DNA of 64,000 nt from the NCBI GenBank assembly GCA_018667855.1, contig JABIRL010000145.1:151-64150 (forward strand). The letters run 5' to 3'. Below the pieces are notes generated by a model. That model did no database searches. It was given only the letters and a program-made list of their open reading frames with translations, and was not told where the DNA came from. The translations under genes were made by a program, and so were the position numbers. The DNA is from Rhodospirillaceae bacterium (lineage in GTDB: Bacteria > Pseudomonadota > Alphaproteobacteria > GCA-2731375). Below are positions 19,097-27,162 of the stretch, piece after piece (positions within the stretch are counted from its first letter, which is position 1; each line of letters begins with the position of its first letter).

Positions 19097-20353
19097 CTAA
19101 CCGGCGCCTGGGTTAGCCCAGCGTCCACCCCAGCCATCGTGGAGCGTTTTCAGGAAGGAATCCCAATCCGCCCGCCCGCGGAGGGGCGAATAGGGCATGG
19201 GCCGGATGGGGATATCCGAACTCCAAATGATATCGAACTGGCCGTTGTTACGAATGCGGCCGATCCTTACCTTCTTCCAAAGATGCTGATTCTCGGCATC
19301 AATATATGCGATACCGCCGGGGCCGTGAAAACTGCTGTGACCTACCTTTGCACGAATATTGTTGACCTCCGATGAGCCGGCCGCCGCGACAGCGCGGGCC
19401 CAAAGATAGATCCCTTCGTAGGCGGCGGCCATTGGATCACCGATCACCCGTTCCTCGCCATATCGGGCCTTGAAGTTGGCCACGAAAGTGCGGTTACGCT
19501 GCTCATTCAAACTTTGGAAATAGTTCCATGAAGCGATGTCGCCCGCGACCAGATCGGCATCGATGCTGACCAATTCGTTCTCGGAAATTGAAAAAGAAAT
19601 CGTTGGAATTGCCGCCGATGTTATACCCGCCGCGCGGAGGGCCCGAAAGAAAGCCAGATTTGAATCACCATTAATCGTGTTCAAAATGGCATCGGGCCGG
19701 CGGGCGACGATCTCGGCGACGATGTCATCAACGTCATGGCTGCCCAGAAGAAGGTAGCGCTCGCCCACGATTTCGCCCCGCCATTTCTCGACGTAGTCGT
19801 GAATGATGGCGTTGGCGACGCGTGGAAAGACATAGTCGGATCCGACCAGGAAAAGACGCTTGCGGTCCGTTCTGAGCGCCCATTCGACGGCCGGCACGAT
19901 TTGCTGGTTCGGCGCCGCGCCCAGGTAGACGATATTCGGCGACTGTTCCACGCCCTCGTACTGAACCGGATAGAAAAGGAGGTGGTTGTTGGCCTCGATC
20001 ACCGGTCGAATAGTCCGCCGGCAGGCCGAAGTCCAGCAGCCGAATATGGTGCTTACTTCCTCTTCCTTGATCAAACGTTCCGCCTCGCGGGCAAAAATTA
20101 GCGGGTCCGAGGCGCCGTCCGCGATGATCGGCTGGATCTGTCGTCCCAACAAGCCGCCGGCCGCGTTGATTTCGTCGATTGCCATCAGCGCCGCATCAAC
20201 GACAGCGGTTTCGCTAATCGCCATGGTGCCCGTCATCGAATGCAGAAGTCCGATCTTAATTGGTCGGTAGCGCTCGGTCATGAACAGGCCCAATGCCAGG
20301 GCGGCCAGCCCGATGCACACGATCACGATTGTCAGGGATTTACGTCTGCTCAT
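19097..20353 (-). CDS. urtA: Urea/short-amide-type periplasmic binding protein (UrtA/AmiC family)
   Basis: KIGLLHSMTGTMAISE, FGCWTSACR, LFYPVQYEG, GSDYVFPR, NTINGDSN, WNYF; N-terminal hydrophobic anchor from MSRRK. Confidence 0.9.
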   Translation of the reverse strand: MSRRKSLTIVIVCIGLAALALGLFMTERYRPIKIGLLHSMTGTMAISETAVVDAALMAIDEINAAGGLLGRQIQPIIADGASDPLIFAREAERLIKEEEVSTIFGCWTSACRRTIRPVIEANNHLLFYPVQYEGVEQSPNIVYLGAAPNQQIVPAVEWALRTDRKRLFLVGSDYVFPRVANAIIHDYVEKWRGEIVGERYLLLGSHDVDDIVAEIVARRPDAILNTINGDSNLAFFRALRAAGITSAAIPTISFSISENELVSIDADLVAGDIASWNYFQSLNEQRNRTFVANFKARYGEERVIGDPMAAAYEGIYLWARAVAAAGSSEVNNIRAKVGHSSFHGPGGIAYIDAENQHLWKKVRIGRIRNNGQFDIIWSSDIPIRPMPYSPLRGRADWDSFLKTLHDGWGGRWANPGAG

Positions 20354-20373
20354 TGCCGCGCCTCTCCCGGAAC

Positions 20374-22623
20374 CTAGTAGAACGAGGCCAGCGTGATCGC
20401 GAATATCGCGCCCGCCACCACCGGCCAGAACAAAAGTTTCGGCAGCAGATTGTCGCGATATTGGAACAACCGCCCCTTGCCGGTCGCGAACAGGATTGAA
20501 TTGAAAGAGACAAAAATACAGGAGAGATAGAGCACCAGATAAAAGTATTCCAGATAGACCAAAGAGGCCGAGAACAGGGTTTGCCGCAGAGCCGAGTGCG
20601 CGAAAATAAGGACGATGACCAGTACCGAACTGGCGCGCAATATATCCTTGGCCGCAAAGCCCAGCCATTTGGCCTTTTCCCCCTCCTTCGATCCCATCAG
20701 TAGGATCGCGAATAACAGCATGGCGACGACGATCTGCGGCAGGAAATGCAAAACGAACGGACCGAGGAATTCCCTGGTAATGTGTACGCTGTAATAGAGT
20801 TCCGGGAAGCTATCCTGACCCACATACCGCTCGATGCCGAAGTTCGTGTTGTAACCGTGGCGACGGTATTCAAAGCCCGAGCCTTTGGGCTTCCATCCCG
20901 GCAACACGAAGTCCTGTTCGACACCGGGTAATGCCGCCGGGTTGGTGAACTCGAAAGAGGCAAGGTCGGGAACCAGCACGACATTGCGATCAAAATCCTG
21001 ATGCCACAGCCTGAGCCAGACATCCTGGCTGTCGAAGGGGTATTGCTCATAGGAGAAATTCTGCCGCAAAGTGGCGGAGAAATACCAGCCGATCAGCTCC
21101 GCGCAGTCGCGCTGTAGCGGACTGTCATTGTGCGCGACTTTCATCTCCCCGCAAGCATCGTTGACGGAGCCATCGAATAGCGCCGCGACACTGCCCTTGC
21201 CGCTGTCCGCCGTCACATCCGACTGGCCATCCAGGCCGCGGTGATAAACCGTTTTGATCACGGGCTCGTCGGCCTCAGGCAGGACGAAGCCGCGGGAAAG
21301 TCCGCGATGCACCCCCTTGCGGTACTTCTGCCAGATGTACCCCGTTACCTTGACGTTGGTGCTGGAAGCGAACTCAATCGATTGGATAAAAACGCCAGTT
21401 GGTACAAAAATCGGGGTTTCGGCTTTCAGGCGGACAGACTCGCGCTCATAGTCCGCAAGGTAGCGTTCAAGTTTTGAATGATTAACGATTTTTTCCGCGC
21501 CGCCATCCTTTTCCATCGGGAACGCGATCGCTATCAGCCAGATCGTGCCGACTGCAACCGCGCAATAGACGGAGACCAAGGTCGCTCCGGTCCAGGCGAT
21601 CACCATGGTGAAGGGCCAAAGTAGGATCACGAACGTTGTAAGGAACACCGTCGCCAGTAGCGCCGCCAGCAGAATATGCAGAAAATCACGGCGTTCCTCA
21701 TTGACGTCGGAAAGATGCCCTTTGCTCAATACCGTCGCGACCGACCAGCCGGCAGAGGCGATGGGTGCAAAGCCGATCCAGGCAGATTCGCCCGTCACCG
21801 CGTCGACGTGGTCGATATGGGCCTGCTCACCTTTGATGGCGCGAATGGCCAGGGAATACATGGCGATGTCATCGGAAGCCCAGGCCAGCTCGAACAGCGT
21901 TTTGCCGGACCGCACCAAATCGTTGCGCGGATGCACGATGAACCGTCCTTGCCGAGAAACGACATATTGGTGGCCGGAGATATTGACGTCCAATGCGGCG
22001 ATGAACCGTTTGATATCGGCCAGTGCGTAGCTGGCGTAAACGACGCCTATGGGCGCTGCCTTGGCCGGGTCGTCCCCGGGCCGGTAAAACGGCACCGTGT
22101 ATTCGGCCAGAGCTTCGCCGCCCTTGGCTGAATGAGGCTCGGTCCACATGGCGCCGTTCAACAGCGGCTCGAGATACCAACGCGCGGTGAAGGCCGTATA
22201 GTCCACGCTGTCGCCAAGCCGCACCTGCCTGGCCGCTTTTTCACCCTGGCGAACCACGAATGGTGCATGCAGTCGAACACCCTTGTCATACGCATAGGGC
22301 TCATATGCCACACCGACGCCATGCACCAGGGGGTGATCACGTAGGACCCGTTTGAAGTGCTCAACCAGATCGTCGCCCTTAAGCTTTCCGCGGCTCAGGT
22401 CATCGGCGATGGCCTGGGTCTCGGGCATCAGCGCGCGGAGCCGCAGCTCGATCGCGGCCGCGGCCTTTTCCGTCACCGATAGGGCATTGGCAAGGGCCGC
22501 CTCATGGGCCCGGCTCTCTGCCGCCCGATGGCGCATGGTCAGGGTCACCGCGATCACAAGAGCCAAGGCGAAGCCGGCCATTAGGAAGCTTTGAATCCAA
22601 ATCCTGTATCTGACCGGGAACAT
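20374..22623 (-). CDS. dCache-domain-fused pentameric ligand-gated ion channel (Pro-loop receptor)
   Basis: TM, dCache (RWY...WTEP...G.FIVHP...GWSV), 2 TM, ECD with YPFDSQ (YPFD at 21031-21042), LPGW, pre-M1 Arg (ITREF), M1 Pro (FLPQ) and four C-terminal TM helices. Confidence 0.8.
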   Translation of the reverse strand: MFPVRYRIWIQSFLMAGFALALVIAVTLTMRHRAAESRAHEAALANALSVTEKAAAAIELRLRALMPETQAIADDLSRGKLKGDDLVEHFKRVLRDHPLVHGVGVAYEPYAYDKGVRLHAPFVVRQGEKAARQVRLGDSVDYTAFTARWYLEPLLNGAMWTEPHSAKGGEALAEYTVPFYRPGDDPAKAAPIGVVYASYALADIKRFIAALDVNISGHQYVVSRQGRFIVHPRNDLVRSGKTLFELAWASDDIAMYSLAIRAIKGEQAHIDHVDAVTGESAWIGFAPIASAGWSVATVLSKGHLSDVNEERRDFLHILLAALLATVFLTTFVILLWPFTMVIAWTGATLVSVYCAVAVGTIWLIAIAFPMEKDGGAEKIVNHSKLERYLADYERESVRLKAETPIFVPTGVFIQSIEFASSTNVKVTGYIWQKYRKGVHRGLSRGFVLPEADEPVIKTVYHRGLDGQSDVTADSGKGSVAALFDGSVNDACGEMKVAHNDSPLQRDCAELIGWYFSATLRQNFSYEQYPFDSQDVWLRLWHQDFDRNVVLVPDLASFEFTNPAALPGVEQDFVLPGWKPKGSGFEYRRHGYNTNFGIERYVGQDSFPELYYSVHITREFLGPFVLHFLPQIVVAMLLFAILLMGSKEGEKAKWLGFAAKDILRASSVLVIVLIFAHSALRQTLFSASLVYLEYFYLVLYLSCIFVSFNSILFATGKGRLFQYRDNLLPKLLFWPVVAGAIFAITLASFY

Positions 22624-22777
22624 CAGTGCCGGTAACCTTGCCTAGGGAATGTGCACGGTTCCGACGATGCGCATTGAATACAGCTTCGTTTGGTCATGGA
22701 CACGGTTCGCCTTTGCGACCCCTTGGATTTGTCAGTTTGATTATACACGGCATTTTGTGCGCAATACTTCGCCGGCA

Positions 22778-23707
22778 TTAAGACAAATAGTTCGCTAGGG
22801 CGTCACGCGTCCTCTCTCGGGATGATTCGTCGTGGGCGGCGACCTCGATACGAAAATCCGTCGCTCCCGCCTCGGCGTATTCGGCCAGCCCATCCAATAC
22901 TTGCTGCCAGTTCCCGATCAAGTGCAGGTCGGATGCGTCATCAAGGCCTTCGTGCTTGGTGGCGTTGGCATAGGAGGGGTTCGATTGGTATTGCGCGGAA
23001 ATCTCCCGCGCCAAAGCCTTCGCGCCCGCGAAATCGTCGGTGACACAGATCCGCACCAGCGCCATGATGCGCGGGGCGCTGTCCCGGCCGGCACCTTCGG
23101 CACCCGCTCGGAGGTGCGGCAGGATGTAGGATGATATGGTCCGCGGCCCGCACTGCCCCAGCGTCGTGCCCTGTAGCCGGCTGCCGGCAAACCGTAACAT
23201 CCGCGGCCCGAGTGCGGCCAACAGAATGGGCGTTGGTTGCGCCTCGTTCCCAAGTTTGGCGTGGGCGGAGATCTGTTCGCCGTCCGTATCCGCCTGCTCG
23301 CCCGCCAGCAGCGGCTCCAAAGCCTCCAGAAACTCTCGCGTGTAGGAATATGGTTTGTCCCAGGTAAGGCCAAGCACGTCCTCGACAAGGCGTTTGGAGG
23401 CGGCCCCGACGCCAAGGGTGAACCGTCCGCCCAAGGCGTTCTGAGCGGTCCTTGCCAGTTGGGCGAGACCGACCGGATGGCGGCTATACAACGGCACGAC
23501 CGAGGTGCCAACTTCGCCGATACCGGGAAAATCGCCGCCAATGCAGGCCAGCGCCACAATGGGATCGACGCCCATGGCGTGCGAAATCCAGAAGCTGTCG
23601 AAGCCCGCTTTCTCGGCAAACCGGGCAGCGTCGCGCGCATCGTTTATGGACGCCAGCGTCGTGCCGCCCGCCAATCCCCAGCGCATACCAAAGCGATCAT
23701 TCGTCAT
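22778..23707 (-). CDS. LLM-class (luciferase-like) oxidoreductase, resembling F420-dependent subfamilies
   Basis: AEKAGFDSFW, GTSVVPLYSRHP, GRFTLGVG, ILLAALGPRML. Confidence 0.85.
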   Translation of the reverse strand: MTNDRFGMRWGLAGGTTLASINDARDAARFAEKAGFDSFWISHAMGVDPIVALACIGGDFPGIGEVGTSVVPLYSRHPVGLAQLARTAQNALGGRFTLGVGAASKRLVEDVLGLTWDKPYSYTREFLEALEPLLAGEQADTDGEQISAHAKLGNEAQPTPILLAALGPRMLRFAGSRLQGTTLGQCGPRTISSYILPHLRAGAEGAGRDSAPRIMALVRICVTDDFAGAKALAREISAQYQSNPSYANATKHEGLDDASDLHLIGNWQQVLDGLAEYAEAGATDFRIEVAAHDESSRERTRDALANYLS

Positions 23708-23881
23708 CGTTCAAAACCTTTAGCGAAAAGCATTTTGCAGCCGGTGAAGCAACGGCCCGCTCCGAATTCTTCAAGTATAACTTTGTTGGTTCCCGATGTC
23801 CCGAATAGTCAAAATTCGCCGTGGGCCGCGTGGAATCTTGGGTTCGCGGCCGAATGAATTTCAGACGGAATGGTTCCCGCA

Positions 23882-25579
23882 CTAAATCGTAATTGCATAT
23901 GCGGGTTGTCGCGGGTCGGCGCCTGATCGGAAAAATCCTGTATCCGGCTGATAAAGTACGGCTTCCACGGAGGCAAGACGGCGTGAATAAGCGGGGAATT
24001 CCTCGATTTTATGGCCCAGCGCGATGAGTTCATCGAGGGTGCCTGACGGGAATCGACCCTCCAATCCCATAAGTCCGGGGTAATGGTTGTAGGGCGCAAA
24101 AGAGTTCGGAAAACTCATGGTCATGAAACGCGGCGCATCGATAGCCTCTTGTATATCCATGCCGAAGTGAAAGGCATTGAGAACGACCTGTAACATCGCC
24201 TGAACCTGGGCGTCGCCCCCAGGTGCACCGAAGGGCATGACCGAACCATCGTCGCGCAGCAGGATCGCCGGGTTGGGCGTTAGCCGCGGCCGCTTCCCCG
24301 GCGCCACGCCCGATGGATGGTTGGGATCGGGACGCGATTGCGTGCCGCGCCCGGATGGGACAATACCAAGCCCCGGCACGACCGGCGCGCGCCAAGAGGC
24401 ATCGGATGGTGTGGCGGAAAAGGCGTTTCCCCAACGATCGACGACACACAGATAAGATGTATCCGGGTCGCGTTCCGATGGCGCCTCCGATATGGTCATG
24501 GCGGCCTTTGGAATTTGGCTATTGTGATAAAGGTCGGGCGGCATATCGGGCATCGCAACCTTGCGGTCAATACCCCCAACCCGTTTCTCGATATGTTCCG
24601 CCGACAGTAAGGTATCGAGGCCAACATCGACGAAAAGCGGATCACCATAATGATATTCACGATCCGCGAAGGCGCCTTTCAAAATTTCCGTAATGAGATG
24701 GATATACGCCGGTTCGTTGTGTTCAAGGTCATCAAGCCCGGCCCGTTCCACCATCAGCAACGCCTGCGCCAGCATGGGACCCTGACACCAGGGCCCGCAC
24801 GTTATGACCTGGAAGTCGCGCCAACGGGTGATGACGGGATCTTCATAGCGTGAATGAAAGCTCGCCAGATCCTCGAAGGTAAGATAGCCGCCTTCCTCCT
24901 TTTGATGTTCCGCGATCCTTACGGCGATATCGCCGGCATAAAATGCCGCGCGGGCGGCTGCAAGCCCGGCTTCGCGCCCTTTTGTTGCCGCCGCGCGTTC
25001 CTCGTCAACCATGTATTGCATCGTCGCCGCCAGATCGGCTTGGACGAAACGCTCGTTGAGCTTGACCGCGCGGCCCTCGGGTTGAAACAACTTCACGTTC
25101 GAAGGCCAGCGGCGATAATCCTCCTCATGCTTGGCGAATTCATTGGCGAGAAACTCACCGACCGCGAAGCCTTCCTTCGCGAAACGGATCGCGGCGGCGG
25201 CCACGTCGCCAAACGACATGGTGCCGTAATCACGCAAGGCGGTGATCCAGGCATCGGGCGCGGCGGGTACCACGGTTCGCAATACGCCCAAGGGCTGGGT
25301 GCCATTGTGTTCACGCATGAACAGGTCCTTGGGAAAAGCCTTCGGCCAATGGCCAAGCCCGGCGATGGTGACAATTCTACCGGCGCCAGTTCTGATCATT
25401 ATGGGTGCGACGCCGGCGAAGTTCACTTCATCGGGATGCAGAACGGCCAGCGCTATTCCGGCGCAGCATCCCGCGTCGATCGCATTGCCGCCAGCTTCCA
25501 GGATCGAGAATGCGGCAGCGCTTGCAAGATAGTGCCCGGCGGAAACAGCATGTCTGCTGCCGTATAATGTTGGGCGCAT
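23882..25579 (-). CDS. ggt: Gamma-glutamyltransferase-family Ntn hydrolase (no signal peptide)
   Basis: GGNAIDA, DREYHYGDP, D-T(nucleophile)SYLCVVD, PGKRP, GAPGG. Confidence 0.9.
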   Translation of the reverse strand: MRPTLYGSRHAVSAGHYLASAAAFSILEAGGNAIDAGCCAGIALAVLHPDEVNFAGVAPIMIRTGAGRIVTIAGLGHWPKAFPKDLFMREHNGTQPLGVLRTVVPAAPDAWITALRDYGTMSFGDVAAAAIRFAKEGFAVGEFLANEFAKHEEDYRRWPSNVKLFQPEGRAVKLNERFVQADLAATMQYMVDEERAAATKGREAGLAAARAAFYAGDIAVRIAEHQKEEGGYLTFEDLASFHSRYEDPVITRWRDFQVITCGPWCQGPMLAQALLMVERAGLDDLEHNEPAYIHLITEILKGAFADREYHYGDPLFVDVGLDTLLSAEHIEKRVGGIDRKVAMPDMPPDLYHNSQIPKAAMTISEAPSERDPDTSYLCVVDRWGNAFSATPSDASWRAPVVPGLGIVPSGRGTQSRPDPNHPSGVAPGKRPRLTPNPAILLRDDGSVMPFGAPGGDAQVQAMLQVVLNAFHFGMDIQEAIDAPRFMTMSFPNSFAPYNHYPGLMGLEGRFPSGTLDELIALGHKIEEFPAYSRRLASVEAVLYQPDTGFFRSGADPRQPAYAITI

Positions 25580-25983
25580 TCTGGTTTTCTCCGGTTGTTC
25601 CTGGCGAATGAGTCACACTAAGGCTATGAATCTAGCATGATTTAAAGATTTGAAGTTCGCCCAACATGAACCGCTTGTTAGCGCATCCTTGGAAATTGGC
25701 GGGTGCCTTCGATTGGCGATGGCCATGCAACATCTGAACGGCAAAACTACAAGCAACGATAGTGTTTCATCGATAACAAGGAAAGCCGTGCCGCAGCCAA
25801 GAAAGTCAGGCGAAACGTTTCGTGCCAAAAACCGAACCCTCAGGCCATTGACTGAAGCGTTTGCTATTGGAGGTGTGCTACCTCTCCGCGGAAACGGCCA
25901 GAACCAGCGCATGTGTCAAAATCGGGCTGTCGAGATACCTTAGGATGTTGAACCTGTGTCATCAGGCCACTAGGTTTGCCATC

Positions 25984-27042
25984 ATGAAACAAATACCTGA
26001 AACCATGCGTGGCGTATGGCTCACCGGGCATGGGGGCCCTGACAAGCTTTCCGTACGCGATGACATACCCGTCCCCCGTCCAGGCTCCGGGGAGGTTCTG
26101 GTTCGCGTGGCGGCGGCGGCCCTCAACAATACCGATATAAATACGCGAACAGCGTGGTATTCAAAAAGCGAAGGTGCAAGCGAAGATGGGAGCTGGTCCG
26201 GCTCGCCCATTCGATTCCCGCGAATCCAGGGCGCGGATGTTTGTGGGCGCATCGTCTCTGTCGGGACGGCGGTCAGCAAAGACCGGATCGGTGAGCGGAT
26301 TTTGATAGAGCCGTGTATCCGGGAGGCCAATGGGCAAACACTGGAGCAACCCTGGTATTTCGGCTCGGAATGTGATGGCGGGTTTTCTGACTATACAGTG
26401 GTTGCCGCCCGCCACGCATACAAGATCGAAAGTCGTTTGAGCGATACCGAGTTGGCCCCGTTTCCGTGTTCCTATTCGACGGCGGAAAACCTGCTGGAAA
26501 GATCAAAAACCAAGACGGGTGACCGCGTCCTTGTCACCGGCGCGTCGGGAGGTGTTGGATCCGCGGTCATTCAATTGGCCCGGGCCCGTCAGGCACGGGT
26601 TTTCGCCGTGACCAGTCAATCGAAATCCGACGAAATTTTGCGTCTTGGCGCGGAACAAACCTTTGCCCGAGAGGACAGCCTTGTTGAAAAGATCGGCGCC
26701 AACAACATTGATGTCGTAATTGACTTAGTCGGTGGGTCGCAGTGGCCAGAGCTGCTCGATATCCTCCGTCCGGGAGGACGCTACGCCGTGGCGGGCGCGA
26801 TTGGCGGGCACATGGTGGAACTGGACCTCCGGACTCTATATCTGAAGGATTTGAGCTTGTTTGGTTGTACGGTGCTGGAACCCGAGGTATTTGCGAATTT
26901 GATCGGCCACATTGAGCGCGGGCATATATCTCCGATCGTTGCCATGTCTTATCCGCTTGAACATATTCTGGATGCACAGGCTGCATTTTCGGCGAAAAGT
27001 CATACGGGAAAAATAGTTCTTACCCTTGATGAAGGGCGCTAA
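25984..27042 (+). CDS. MDR-superfamily (alcohol dehydrogenase/quinone oxidoreductase-like) protein
   Basis: FPRIQGADVCG, GSECDGGF, PCSYSTAE, VLVTGASGGVG, GKIVL. Confidence 0.9.
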   Translation: MKQIPETMRGVWLTGHGGPDKLSVRDDIPVPRPGSGEVLVRVAAAALNNTDINTRTAWYSKSEGASEDGSWSGSPIRFPRIQGADVCGRIVSVGTAVSKDRIGERILIEPCIREANGQTLEQPWYFGSECDGGFSDYTVVAARHAYKIESRLSDTELAPFPCSYSTAENLLERSKTKTGDRVLVTGASGGVGSAVIQLARARQARVFAVTSQSKSDEILRLGAEQTFAREDSLVEKIGANNIDVVIDLVGGSQWPELLDILRPGGRYAVAGAIGGHMVELDLRTLYLKDLSLFGCTVLEPEVFANLIGHIERGHISPIVAMSYPLEHILDAQAAFSAKSHTGKIVLTLDEGR

Positions 27043-27162
27043 GGCCGGCAATTCCACTCTATTACACGGCACCCGGATACCGGCGGGTGAGAGCCGTCCT
27101 CCGCATCGAAATCTGACATCAGGTTCTGAAATCTGTAGTCTTCGAATGATACGGAGGATTGA

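Noticed and set aside
19097-20668. 523-aa extended ORF for the UrtA-like protein
   Set aside because: The extension overlaps the channel gene's TM region in another frame; MSRRK at 20353 gives a proper leader
25580-25983. Small ORFs (97-99 aa) in the GGT-ADH spacer
   Set aside because: No recognisable motifs, RBS or typical codon pattern; treated as a divergent promoter region or decayed DNA
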